Position numbers and translations under genes: made by a program
Part shown: positions 37,085-46,381 of the stretch, piece by piece
Position numbering within the stretch: the stretch's first letter is position 1
How the letters are laid out: every line of letters starts with the position of its first letter
DNA from: an uncultured Candidatus Saccharibacteria bacterium
GTDB taxonomy: Bacteria > Patescibacteriota > Minisyncoccia > Phycocordibacterales > UBA9973
Assembly (NCBI GenBank): GCA_964450735.1
Contig: CAYVDC010000004.1
Location: forward strand, 18,829 to 82,828
DNA length: 64,000 nt
Direction: 5' to 3'
The notes under the pieces: model-generated
The model's input: only the letters and a program-made list of their open reading frames with translations
What the model was told of the DNA's origin: nothing
The model's database searches: none

Positions 37085-38623
37085 ATGGAACGATTAAAAA
37101 ACAAAGACCTCATCAAGAAAATTTTTGACAGAGGCATAGTTGGGACCAATTTCCTTAAACCTATCACCTTCAAATCGCGTATCCGTTCATGGATATATTG
37201 CGACTGGCGCAAAGCCTGCGGCCACCCCGATTTGATGGATGATATAAAAGAGGGGCTTGCAGAGATTGTAAGAACCGCTCCTATTACAGCTGATGCAGTA
37301 TTTGGAGTAGCAACCGGTGCTATTCCGCACGCCACGCTTCTTGCGCAGCACTTAAAGCTGCCATTTGGCTATGTGCGCCCTGATGCCAAAGCAAAAAATT
37401 ACGGCTTAGGCAAAAGAGTAGAAGGCACTGATGTAAAAGGCAAAGTAGTATTATTGGTAGAAGACTTAAACTCAACAGCAACCAGCATGATAGAAAATGC
37501 TGCTATCTTAAAAGAAGAAGGCGCTGCCGAAGTTATTCTGTTATCAATATTTACTTACAACCTGGCAGAAGCAAATGCAAATATTGAGAATTCCGGCTTA
37601 CGGTACTACTCATTACTGAGCATTAATGACTTATTGCCGTACTTGAAGGAACAATTGGATGTAGATCAATTTGTATCTGCAACTGATTGGATACAAGACC
37701 CACGCGCATGGTTTGATAAATACAAAACCACATTCAATTTTGGTTTTCTAACCACACTTCGTAAATCGGCAAAACAAGCCGGTAACATTGCGTGCATGGG
37801 CCTTGATCCTGTGCTGGAATCACTACCAAATGAATTCAGCTCGCAAGGGGTTCGGGGCATATACAGCTTTTACAAAGTTTTGTTTGAGGCAATGCGCACT
37901 GCAAATCTTTCGCCGGCGATGTTTAAGCCTAATGAAGGATTTTTCTCTTCACTCAATAATGGCTTCGAAGGAAGCTTTGTGGGAGACGAAACTTTGAGCA
38001 AGGTTAATGCGTTGGTAAGAGATATTTTCTTTGGCATTCCTCTTAATATAGATGCAAAGAGAGGCGACATTGGAAAATCATCAGATAATTACGCTAAAGA
38101 GTATTACTGTGGTTGGAAAACTGAAGCCATGACTATTCATACTTACATGGGCAAAGATTCAGTTATGCCTTTTGTTAAATACTGTTCAGCCGAAAAATGC
38201 TGCGGAGTATACGCATTAGACAGAACATCGAACCCCGGCGGTAATGATTTTCAAACACTGCTTATCGGCAATGAACCGCTTCATAGTATTGTTGGCGGAA
38301 AAATTATCGAATGGGGCACGGGCGCTTATGGTTTGGGAGCAGTAGTAGGAGCAACATCTATCGAAGAACTTTCTTTTTTAGCTAAAAAGTTTGCAGGTAA
38401 AGATGTTCCATTACTTGTTCCTGGCGTTGGCGATCAAGGCGGTAAAGCGCCTGATGTGATGCATGCGTTACATATGGCGAAGTACGAAATAGAGTTGGCG
38501 CGCATTAACAGCTCGTCAAAACTAACACACCCTTGGGGAACAAACGAGGCACCGAGTAACTGGCTTGAACTTTGTTTAAACAATATTAAACAGTTATGCC
38601 ACGAAACAAACATTGCGGCATAA
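37085..38623 (+). CDS. pyrEF: bifunctional orotate phosphoribosyltransferase / OMP decarboxylase (pyrE–pyrF fusion, type-2 OMPDC)
   Basis: N-terminal half has the PRTase type I PRPP loop VVLLVEDLNSTATSMIENAA and the OPRT flexible loop. C-terminal half has CMGLDP, NIDAKRGDIGKSSDNYAKEY and LLVPGVGDQGG, the three type-2 OMP decarboxylase signatures. Confidence 0.75.
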   Translation: MERLKNKDLIKKIFDRGIVGTNFLKPITFKSRIRSWIYCDWRKACGHPDLMDDIKEGLAEIVRTAPITADAVFGVATGAIPHATLLAQHLKLPFGYVRPDAKAKNYGLGKRVEGTDVKGKVVLLVEDLNSTATSMIENAAILKEEGAAEVILLSIFTYNLAEANANIENSGLRYYSLLSINDLLPYLKEQLDVDQFVSATDWIQDPRAWFDKYKTTFNFGFLTTLRKSAKQAGNIACMGLDPVLESLPNEFSSQGVRGIYSFYKVLFEAMRTANLSPAMFKPNEGFFSSLNNGFEGSFVGDETLSKVNALVRDIFFGIPLNIDAKRGDIGKSSDNYAKEYYCGWKTEAMTIHTYMGKDSVMPFVKYCSAEKCCGVYALDRTSNPGGNDFQTLLIGNEPLHSIVGGKIIEWGTGAYGLGAVVGATSIEELSFLAKKFAGKDVPLLVPGVGDQGGKAPDVMHALHMAKYEIELARINSSSKLTHPWGTNEAPSNWLELCLNNIKQLCHETNIAA

Positions 38624-38649
38624 ATAATGCCAAGATTAATTAAAAGAAC

Positions 38650-38686
38650 AGCGGGTCGAGATTAAAATCTCTTCCCGCTTTTTTAG
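38650..38686 (+). terminator. intrinsic terminator agcggg…cccgct + tttttt
   Basis: Seen directly after pyrEF. Confidence 0.55.
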
Positions 38687-38739
38687 TTGCCTTATTTCCC
38701 TTTTTATGGGATAAATGGCCAAACAAACGTACTCTACAC

Positions 38740-39738
38740 ATGAGAAAAATAACCTTTACCTACGGTGGCTTCAATAATGCCTTCCGTGTCATGCCAGGAG
38801 CTGGCATTGCAAAAACCATTGAGGATGTAAAAGCCTTGCTCAAAAACAAGGACATCACCATCATCGTATTTGGCTCTATTACAGTTTTGGGACGCAACGG
38901 AAACGACGGCAACCAAATGTACATAGATCCCAAAGGCGAGTTTACTGTTAACTCAGTTGGTATGACCAACCTCGGCAAAGAAAAGTACAAAACAGTACTC
39001 AGAGAAATTGTTGAGCTTGTTCACGAAGCTGGTAAAAAACTTGTGGTAAGCATCGCTGCTGTACAGTCATACAAAGAATACTCTGAACTGCTTCAGTTCT
39101 GCATCGAGTGCGGCGCAGACGGCGTTGAACTAAACTTCGGCTGTCCTAACGTTGTTGACGGTGGTACAAGTCACGCAATACCAAGCTTTGATCCGGAAAA
39201 CCTTCGCATTACGCTTGAGTACATTGAAAATGAGTTTGGCGGCACAGTGCCTATACCAGTATGGGTGAAAATTTCACCGCTCATACATGAACACACGATG
39301 GTTCGAACCGTCGCTTCTAGTAAACCTATCGAATACACATTTGCGCTTAACAAAGACTTGGCGAAAAAAGTTTGCGATGTACTGAACGGATTCAATTTCA
39401 TAAAAGCAGTAGTATGTTGCAACACTATCGGCAATGTATGCGCGCTTGATGAAACTGGAAAACCGATGATTGGGCCGAACAGCAACAATCCCAAAAATAC
39501 CGGCGGACTTTCAGGAAAAGCAGTGCATGCGATAAGTGTACGGCAAACCATGTTTTTTAGAGCAAACTTGAAACCAACCATTGATATTATTGGTGCAGGC
39601 GGCAATGAGACAGGCGAAGACATGGACGACTTTATTAGAGCAGGAGCTGCTGGAATTCAGGTAGTTTCTCCATACTATCGGAACAAAGATCCCTTCGTAT
39701 TCAGCAATATTGCATCTTTATACGTCTTACTTGATTAA
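38740..39738 (+). CDS. pyrD: dihydroorotate dehydrogenase, class 1 (catalytic Cys)
   Basis: LNFGCPNV (N.SCPN with Cys), GGLSGKAV, IIGAGGNETGEDMDDFIRAGAAGIQV match DHODH motifs. No pyrK nearby. Confidence 0.8.
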   Translation: MRKITFTYGGFNNAFRVMPGAGIAKTIEDVKALLKNKDITIIVFGSITVLGRNGNDGNQMYIDPKGEFTVNSVGMTNLGKEKYKTVLREIVELVHEAGKKLVVSIAAVQSYKEYSELLQFCIECGADGVELNFGCPNVVDGGTSHAIPSFDPENLRITLEYIENEFGGTVPIPVWVKISPLIHEHTMVRTVASSKPIEYTFALNKDLAKKVCDVLNGFNFIKAVVCCNTIGNVCALDETGKPMIGPNSNNPKNTGGLSGKAVHAISVRQTMFFRANLKPTIDIIGAGGNETGEDMDDFIRAGAAGIQVVSPYYRNKDPFVFSNIASLYVLLD

Positions 39739-39762
39739 CGAACTACTTACGTACGATATATT

Positions 39763-39792
39763 CGGCCTTCGGAAACGAAGGCCTTTTTTATT
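39763..39792 (+). terminator. intrinsic terminator ggccttcg-gaaa-cgaaggcc + tttttt
   Basis: Seen directly after pyrD. Confidence 0.7.
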
Positions 39793-39843
39793 GTCTTTTT
39801 TGATTTCCATGGTAATGTGTGAGCAACTAAATTCCATTAAAAC

Positions 39844-41070
39844 ATGAAACTGAACAACAACCAGCTGAAAAAAGTATTGGCATTTTTGCACAATATGGGC
39901 CTTACTGATGTAACCGAAGAAGACATACTACAAATAGTAGAGAATGACTTCGACGGCCATGCCCATGCACGCAAAGGCGCACAGACCAAAATCATCATTC
40001 CGCAAATGAAACAAGTTTCTGTTGCAGCATTTTATATGCCTAATGCAACCGTCAATGAAATTGGCGATAATGAAATCGGAATTACCTCCTACGAAAAATT
40101 GATGTGGTACCGCAATCATATTTTAGAAGAATGCGGCCCAAATTTTTTACCGCTCTTTTCTTTATACCTTTCAGAAAAACTTTCCGTGGCTGACATTGAA
40201 CGGGCATGGAAAGAAAAGCTGATTTCCGGTATCAAGTATTATCCAAAGGGTGCGACCACAGGCAGTGAAGGCGGCTCAAGCGGCTTTGCAAAACTGCGTG
40301 CACAATTGGAATGCATGAACGATCTTAAAATTACTTTTAACATGCATGGTGAAATACCCACTATCGACGGCATCAACCCCGTACCTGGCGGAGAACGCGA
40401 ACCTTTATTCTACCGAACCGAAGGTGAGGAATTACTGCAATGGTACACAGGACCAATTGTTGCTGAACATATCACAACATGGGAAGGCGTTGAGTTTACG
40501 AAGCGGTATGACAATGTAGTAGCTACGCTCACACCTCAACATTGCTTGCTTAGCAATATGGCAATCTTTCATAAAGTAAAAGCAAACAACGATTGGTATA
40601 ACTACGCCATAAAAATGGGTCTGTGCCCTAGCATGATATGCGCGCCAGTCCTAAAAGAACAAACGCAAGTTGCCGCCATATGGCAAGCACTTATTTGGCA
40701 GTATCGCCAAAAAAAGAAAAAGTTCTTCAAAGGTACTGACACTGCACATCACCCACCGCACGGAAAATACAAAGAAGAATGCGACTGCGGCGTGTACAAC
40801 TCACCGATACAGATGGAAATGTATTACATGCTGTTTAAATACCTCGACACATATTCGTGCAAAGGTATTATGGACGACTTTCAACGGTTTATGAGCGATA
40901 TTGGTATGGAGTTTTATGGGATTACCGGCAAGGTAACAAACAAAACCATAGCTATTGTACGTACGCCAAACAAAATCGAAGCCGAATACGGCGGAGCAGT
41001 GCCACCATTTGCTGGTGAAACGCTTCCTTGGAAGGCAATCGATATAACTGCCGCCTTGGCAGACGAATAA
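39844..41070 (+). CDS. pyrC: dihydroorotase, class II-like (amidohydrolase superfamily)
   Basis: DGHAHAR metal motif. IKYYPKGATTGSEGG resembles E. coli PyrC KLYPANATTNSSHG. GTDTAHHPPHGK resembles the LGTDSAPH… motif. Confidence 0.7.
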   Translation: MKLNNNQLKKVLAFLHNMGLTDVTEEDILQIVENDFDGHAHARKGAQTKIIIPQMKQVSVAAFYMPNATVNEIGDNEIGITSYEKLMWYRNHILEECGPNFLPLFSLYLSEKLSVADIERAWKEKLISGIKYYPKGATTGSEGGSSGFAKLRAQLECMNDLKITFNMHGEIPTIDGINPVPGGEREPLFYRTEGEELLQWYTGPIVAEHITTWEGVEFTKRYDNVVATLTPQHCLLSNMAIFHKVKANNDWYNYAIKMGLCPSMICAPVLKEQTQVAAIWQALIWQYRQKKKKFFKGTDTAHHPPHGKYKEECDCGVYNSPIQMEMYYMLFKYLDTYSCKGIMDDFQRFMSDIGMEFYGITGKVTNKTIAIVRTPNKIEAEYGGAVPPFAGETLPWKAIDITAALADE

Positions 41071-41094
41071 TTACAACACTAAAAAAACCTATGT

Positions 41095-41125
41095 CCCCGT
41101 TTCGAAAGAGACGGGGCTTTTTGTA
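41095..41125 (+). terminator. intrinsic terminator ccccgt…acgggg + cttttt
   Basis: Seen directly after pyrC. Confidence 0.6.
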
Positions 41126-41155
41126 CCAAAGCGTTTTTTCGTATATAGTGGAGCT

Positions 41156-41956
41156 ATGAAGATCGGCATATTTGATTCAGGCCTCGGAGGACTTTTCATC
41201 ATGAAAAGCATTGTTTCGAGCTTGCCACAATATGACTATATCTACCTCGGAGACACCTTACGCCTTCCCTACGGAGATCGCGACCAGGCCACCATCCAGA
41301 CGTTTCTTCGAAACGGAGTGGACTATCTGTTTAAACAAGGCTGCGTGCTCATCATAGTTGCCTGTAACACCGCCTCAGCAGAAGCTCTGCGTCAGATACA
41401 GCAAACATATCTCCCCGAATGCTATCCCGATCGCCGCGTACTCGGCGTGATCATCCCTGCAATCGAAGAAGCTATGCGCGGCGACCGAGTCGGCGTCCTT
41501 GGGACCATGGCCACAGTGAAGTCTCGTACCTACGAAAAAGAATTCAAAAAAAAGAGCAGCCATATTCGCGTCTTTCAACAAGCAGCGCCGCTTCTCGTTC
41601 CCATGATTGAAAACGGCGAATGGAACCTCATCGAGCCCGTACTGCGCGAATACTTGCAGCCGCTTTTGGAAAAAGATATCGACACACTCGTCCTCGGCTG
41701 TACGCACTACCCTATTTTGAAAAAAGAAATCCGCAATATCATCGGACCGGAGGTCCATCTCGTCTGTCAGGATGAATTCATCGACAAGAAACTTGAGGAC
41801 TACCTCAAACGTCATCCTGAGATCAGCGACAGACTTTCCTCAAACGGAACACGTGAATTTACAATTACAAAAACTAGCGAGCATTTTGAAAAGCTCGCCA
41901 AAGAATGGTTCAACAAAGACATCGAACTAAAAGTTATTGAGATTCCGGAGATCTAG
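41156..41956 (+). CDS. murI: glutamate racemase
   Basis: IGIFDSGLGGL, IVACNTAS, LGCTHYP match MurI motifs. Confidence 0.85.
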   Translation: MKIGIFDSGLGGLFIMKSIVSSLPQYDYIYLGDTLRLPYGDRDQATIQTFLRNGVDYLFKQGCVLIIVACNTASAEALRQIQQTYLPECYPDRRVLGVIIPAIEEAMRGDRVGVLGTMATVKSRTYEKEFKKKSSHIRVFQQAAPLLVPMIENGEWNLIEPVLREYLQPLLEKDIDTLVLGCTHYPILKKEIRNIIGPEVHLVCQDEFIDKKLEDYLKRHPEISDRLSSNGTREFTITKTSEHFEKLAKEWFNKDIELKVIEIPEI

Positions 41957-41972
41957 AAAATAAAATTACATC

Positions 41973-43136
41973 CTACTTTTCCACCTGCGCTTCATCGATA
42001 ATTCTTGAAGCCTCGCGCCCAAACGTAGTGACAATCTCTCGACAAGCGGCAACAAATTCCTTGTCTTCGAATAAACTCGTATCGATCTCCTGAGAACTGT
42101 CATTTTGACGATCATATTCTCCAAGAAAAGCTCCGTATGTTGAAAAAAGGTTTTCAATCTCTGCATTCATTTTTCCATACAGGTCAGCAAGCTTGGACTC
42201 CGACTGGGTCATTTTGATCTTTTGATCCTGTTTAAGCTTGGCGAACAAACCGCCAACGAACAGTTGAGACTCAGCAATAAGTCGAAACGTACTTTTGCCA
42301 CTGAATTCAGTGGGCCGTATTTCAAGACGGCAAATATTACGCGCCTGTTTCTTCATTTTCCTCGATTTCTGAGTACGCCCTGACTTTATGAGAACCGAGT
42401 TTGCTGTTTTGCGTTTTTTTATGCGATCAGCTGTGACAAATGCGTAGGTTAAAATATCGGTCACGCGTTGCACGTGGTTGCGTGTTTCCGAATCTTCAAA
42501 TGTTAATCCTTCTGGAACACCAAAATTAAGATGAAGGGAAAGTGAGCCAGGTATGATTTCTCTTTCTCCTGAAACAGGATTGTCTTGTGTCGGCAATATA
42601 TCAAGCATGCCAAGTTCTTGGAGGACTCGCGCCTGTGGTCCGGGACTATAAGAAAAGTTCGGATTAACTTCAAAAAGCATTTCTGATTCCTGATCAGTAT
42701 GTACGTCGAGAAGATCGAAAGTTTTTTTGTAATCAAGCAATTCTTCAGTTTCGGGTATTTCAACTTCGATGCCGATTGTAGGCAACGGATTGGTTTTGCT
42801 CATATACTTCTCTTCTTTCTCTGAGTAGTATCTCATCTCCGCATATTCATTCGCCAGATCCGTATCAGTGGCATGCGGATTCTGCTTAAGAAATGTAAAA
42901 AGATGCAACCGCGCCATAGGCATGACAGTCGGTTCAAGCTCTCTGAACATTCTGGTGAAATCGATTACTCGCTTGGCTAGACCTGAATATTCTTTTGATT
43001 TTGGGCTTTCGTTCGTTATCTCAGGCTCAAAGAGGCCTTCTTCTGGAGGTAAATCAAATCCATCATCGATGCCTTCATACGATTCTTCAGGTATTTGGGT
43101 TTTGGGCCTAGGGGCACCAATAAATCTCTCTTGCAT
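41973..43136 (-). CDS. hypothetical protein; weak resemblance to GCS2/YbdK-type carboxylate-amine ligases (amidoligase fold)
   Basis: TIGIEVEIPE (G.E.E), SLHLNFGVPEG (H.H), ICRLEIRPTEF (E.R) occur in the order seen in glutamine-synthetase-like GCS2 enzymes. Length 387 aa is close to YbdK. Low certainty. Confidence 0.35.
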   Translation of the reverse strand: MQERFIGAPRPKTQIPEESYEGIDDGFDLPPEEGLFEPEITNESPKSKEYSGLAKRVIDFTRMFRELEPTVMPMARLHLFTFLKQNPHATDTDLANEYAEMRYYSEKEEKYMSKTNPLPTIGIEVEIPETEELLDYKKTFDLLDVHTDQESEMLFEVNPNFSYSPGPQARVLQELGMLDILPTQDNPVSGEREIIPGSLSLHLNFGVPEGLTFEDSETRNHVQRVTDILTYAFVTADRIKKRKTANSVLIKSGRTQKSRKMKKQARNICRLEIRPTEFSGKSTFRLIAESQLFVGGLFAKLKQDQKIKMTQSESKLADLYGKMNAEIENLFSTYGAFLGEYDRQNDSSQEIDTSLFEDKEFVAACREIVTTFGREASRIIDEAQVEK

Positions 43137-43138
43137 AA

Positions 43139-43540
43139 TTATGAATGGAAATAGGAAATAAGCTTTGGGATGAAAATAATGCAGCCGATCACGATTGCCG
43201 CGATAGCTGAGAGTAACACTGCGCCAGCTGCGACGTCTTTGGTATCACGAGCGAATGGATGTTCCTCTGGACTGGTAAGATCAATATCAAATTCAATTGC
43301 GGTATTGAATGCTTCCGCGAGAATGACGATTGAAATAGCAAGCACGATTGCGAGCCACTCGCTTTGGGTTATCCGAAAAAAGAAACCGAGAAACACGGCA
43401 ACTGCCCCAGCTAGCAAATGGAGCCACATATTGTGCTGAGTTTTTAGTAATACAAAGATACCGCGTAGCGCATATTGGAAGCTCTTGCCTCGCTTTACCA
43501 CGCTGAATGCTTCAAGTTCTTTGGCTGGTTCATCAAACAT
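43139..43540 (-). CDS. dgkA: prokaryotic diacylglycerol kinase / undecaprenol kinase family (DgkA)
   Basis: Three TM helices and signature LAEAFNTAIEFDID (A.E..N.AIE…D). Confidence 0.7.
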   Translation of the reverse strand: MFDEPAKELEAFSVVKRGKSFQYALRGIFVLLKTQHNMWLHLLAGAVAVFLGFFFRITQSEWLAIVLAISIVILAEAFNTAIEFDIDLTSPEEHPFARDTKDVAAGAVLLSAIAAIVIGCIIFIPKLISYFHS

Positions 43541-43612
43541 AGGGTAAGTATAGCAGAGTATGCGAAAGGGGGAAATTGATACCTTAGATCTCTTTGGTGT
43601 ACAATTTTGAGT

Positions 43613-43650
43613 AGAAAAAATGCCCCGCGTGTAGGCAGGGCATTTAAATA
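43613..43650 (-). terminator. intrinsic terminator aaatgccc…gggcattt + T-run on the minus strand
   Basis: Seen directly downstream of the 43665–44135 gene. Confidence 0.6.
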
Positions 43651-43664
43651 AAAATCTTATACGA

Positions 43665-44135
43665 TTAGGATGTTTTTTGTGATGGATGATGTAGGTATCT
43701 CAGAAGTTTTTGCTCAAATGCGCTAAATTTCTGTGTTTTTTTCTTAGCTGCTTTTCTAGGCTTATTGTGCATAATTTGAACAATCATGTATATGGTATAT
43801 ATAAATATCAGTGCGCCGATAATAGACGCCCATGATAAATAAGGAACCCATTCAACACGGTACATTAGAATCAAGCATGCCGGAATAGTTGTGAGCGTAA
43901 GCATGCTCGCAACAAAAGCAGAAACCTCCTGATCAAGGAATATCCGAGCAAGATTGTACACGCAAACACACATACCAAACGATAATCCGAGTAAAACAAA
44001 AAAACCTTCAATACCCTGCAAGTAACGGGGGTACTGAAAGAGCGTGTACTCATCGAGCGGCAGCAATCTGCCTGCAAAGAAATTCATGCAAAAAGTAATA
44101 CCAAGAGCGGCGGAGAGGGTAACGGTTTTCTTCAT
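43665..44135 (-). CDS. hypothetical polytopic membrane protein (156 aa)
   Basis: Four hydrophobic helices. Own promoter (TTCAAA-N16-TACAAT at 44168–44194 on minus) and own terminator. Confidence 0.45.
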   Translation of the reverse strand: MKKTVTLSAALGITFCMNFFAGRLLPLDEYTLFQYPRYLQGIEGFFVLLGLSFGMCVCVYNLARIFLDQEVSAFVASMLTLTTIPACLILMYRVEWVPYLSWASIIGALIFIYTIYMIVQIMHNKPRKAAKKKTQKFSAFEQKLLRYLHHPSQKTS

Positions 44136-44167
44136 AAGTGTTTTTTCTTTTAAAGTGTGTACGAATG

Positions 44168-44194
44168 ATTGTAACTAGAGTACACCTGATTTGA
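44168..44194 (-). promoter_or_regulatory. sigma70-like promoter TTCAAA-N16-TACAAT for the 43665–44135 gene
   Basis: Seen directly, about 35 nt upstream of the ATG. Confidence 0.3.
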
Positions 44195-44312
44195 ACAAAA
44201 GTCGAGAGCTAAAATTTCTACTACAATCGTAACTAATGTTACATAAACATTTGTTACTGAGTGGCTGCACGCGCCTGATCGCTGAGTTTTAAAAGTATCA
44301 CGCGGCGCGCGG

Positions 44313-44360
44313 TGATGCCCCTTCCGGGGCATCAAAAAACCACGCTTGCAGGCGTGGTTG
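44313..44360 (-). terminator. rplB terminator: aaccacgc-ctgcaa-gcgtggtt + tttttt, followed by a second hairpin gatgcccc-ggaa-ggggcatc
   Basis: Seen directly downstream of rplB on the minus strand. Confidence 0.65.
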
Positions 44361-44389
44361 ATTGAAAATTTCTCTCTTTGTTTGTGTGA

Positions 44390-45238
44390 TTAAGATTCCT
44401 TTCGCTTCTTGCCAGTGACGCGGCGTGAGACGATGAATGGGTTTGAGTATTTCTTTGGAGTACGAGTCTTTCGTCCACCAGTAACTTTACCCCACATTGT
44501 CTTCGGTCGTCGCAATCCACGGCCTTGTCGTCCTTCACCTCCACCGTATGGGTGGTCAACAGGGTTCATAACCGAACCACGAACAGTTGGGCGAATACCC
44601 TTCCATCGTGAGCGTCCAGCTTTACCGTAGTTTCGAAGTTTGTTCTCGTCGTTTGATACTTCACCGATTGTAGCCCAGCAAAGCTCAGAAACTTTTCGAA
44701 CTTCAGATGATGGCATCTTCAAGTTTGTATATCCATCAGCGTTCGCGACAACTTGTACGAATGTTCCAGCGCCACGTGAGAGTTTTGCTCCACCGTTTTG
44801 CTTGAGTTCGACGTTGTAGACAAACATACCGACTGGGATGTACTTGAGCGGAAGTCGGTTTCCCGGCTTGAGAGCTGCCTTTTCAGAAACGATGAATTCG
44901 TCTCCGACGCGAGTCGTCTTTGAGGCGATCACGTAGCGCTTCTCTCCGTCAGCATACACTGCGAGAGCAATGAAGGCTGTTCGGTTTGGATCGTATTCAA
45001 CAGAAGCGATCTTGGCTGGGATTTCTTTCTTGTTGTACAAGAAATCGATCTCGCGGTAGACACGCTTGTTACCACCTCCCTTGTGTCGAGTAGTGATACG
45101 GCCCTGGTTGTTGCGTCCAACTGAACGCTTGGTTCCCTTGGTGAGAGCCTTTTCAACTTTGTGGCCGGAAAGCTTTTCCTTGTAGTTAACTGTCTGAAGC
45201 TGGCGTCGTGACGCGCTTGTAGGTTTATAGGTTTTCAT
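44390..45238 (-). CDS. rplB: 50S ribosomal protein L2
   Basis: …SVMNPVDHPYGGGEGR… L2 signature. Confidence 0.9.
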   Translation of the reverse strand: MKTYKPTSASRRQLQTVNYKEKLSGHKVEKALTKGTKRSVGRNNQGRITTRHKGGGNKRVYREIDFLYNKKEIPAKIASVEYDPNRTAFIALAVYADGEKRYVIASKTTRVGDEFIVSEKAALKPGNRLPLKYIPVGMFVYNVELKQNGGAKLSRGAGTFVQVVANADGYTNLKMPSSEVRKVSELCWATIGEVSNDENKLRNYGKAGRSRWKGIRPTVRGSVMNPVDHPYGGGEGRQGRGLRRPKTMWGKVTGGRKTRTPKKYSNPFIVSRRVTGKKRKES

Positions 45239-45239
45239 A

Positions 45240-45632
45240 TTACATCAACTCTATTTTGTCCCCTTTCTTGAGGTACACATACGCTTTTCGACCGCCTGCT
45301 GTAACTCCACGCTTGCCTCGAACAAATACTTTTCGCGCTCGGATCTTCATAACGTTAACCTTGAGAGGTGTAACTTTGTAAAGTTTTACGATTGCTTCTT
45401 TTACTTGTGTCTTGGATGCGTTAGGAGTGATATCAAATGTATATACATTTGCTTCAGCAACCTTCGTTGCCTTTTCAGTGATGCGAGGTCGTACGATTAC
45501 AGATGCCACATCTTTTGTGTACACTGCATTCTTTGCGACTGCATCTTTTGAAACTTCAACCGGAGCTGAGACTTTCTTCGCAGTTACTGCTTTTTTCACA
45601 GTAGTTTTCTTTGCTGTAGTTTTTGTAGCCAT
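45240..45632 (-). CDS. rplW: 50S ribosomal protein L23 with a Lys/Ala/Thr-rich N-terminal extension
   Basis: …VIVRPRITEKATKVAEANVYTFDITPNASKTQVKEAI…. Confidence 0.85.
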   Translation of the reverse strand: MATKTTAKKTTVKKAVTAKKVSAPVEVSKDAVAKNAVYTKDVASVIVRPRITEKATKVAEANVYTFDITPNASKTQVKEAIVKLYKVTPLKVNVMKIRARKVFVRGKRGVTAGGRKAYVYLKKGDKIELM

Positions 45633-45637
45633 ACAGA

Positions 45638-46378
45638 TTATTTAGCAAGACGTGACAACAAGAGATCAAAAGATTTCTTGGTATCAGTCATGACAAGATA
45701 TTTGCTGCTCAAAAGTTCGACCGGATTGATGTCTTTGACATAAGTTGTAGCGAGCTGAGGAAGATTTTTGATAGCGCGGAGTGTGCTGTCATTTTTTGCA
45801 GGCAATGCAACGAGTGCTGTCTGCTTCTTGCCAGCCAATCGCTCGAAGCCCTTGATGCCAGACAATGTCTTGAATGCTTTTGCTGCATCCTTTGTTTTTG
45901 CTGTCTTGAAATCAAGAGAGTCAACGAAGAGAATGTGTCCTTCTTTGTGTTTCTGTGAGAGAACCATAAAGAGAGCTTTTGCACGCATCTTTTTGTTGAT
46001 CTTTTTCTTGTAGTTCTTTTCAGCGAGTGGTCCGTGCGTTACGCCTCCACCTTTCCAGATTGGAGATCGTGATGAACCGTGACGTGCGCGTCCAGTACCC
46101 TTCTGCTTCCACGGCTTTCGTCCTCCACCACGGACTTCTCCGCGGCCTTTGGTGTCAGCTGTGCCAGCGCGAGCGTTGGACATCATCGAAGTAACAACTT
46201 GGTGTACAAGGTCGGAATTGAAAGTGAGACCGAAGATTTCCTGTGGGAGATCAACAGTACCTACTTCCTTGCCGGCGAGGCTGTACAATTTTGAATCAGT
46301 AGCGATAGCTGCCTTTTCTTTCTTTACTGCAACTTTTTTAGGAGCTGCTGCTTTCTTTGTAGTTTTTGTAGTAGCCAT
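45638..46378 (-). CDS. rplD: 50S ribosomal protein L4 with an N-terminal extension
   Basis: …GRGEVRGGGRKPWKQKGTGRARHGSSRSPIWKGGGVTHGP…. Confidence 0.9.
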   Translation of the reverse strand: MATTKTTKKAAAPKKVAVKKEKAAIATDSKLYSLAGKEVGTVDLPQEIFGLTFNSDLVHQVVTSMMSNARAGTADTKGRGEVRGGGRKPWKQKGTGRARHGSSRSPIWKGGGVTHGPLAEKNYKKKINKKMRAKALFMVLSQKHKEGHILFVDSLDFKTAKTKDAAKAFKTLSGIKGFERLAGKKQTALVALPAKNDSTLRAIKNLPQLATTYVKDINPVELLSSKYLVMTDTKKSFDLLLSRLAK

Positions 46379-46381
46379 ATA

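Noticed and set aside
41375-41815. 146-aa minus-strand ORF inside murI
   Set aside because: Antisense to a complete, motif-rich murI. No independent signals.
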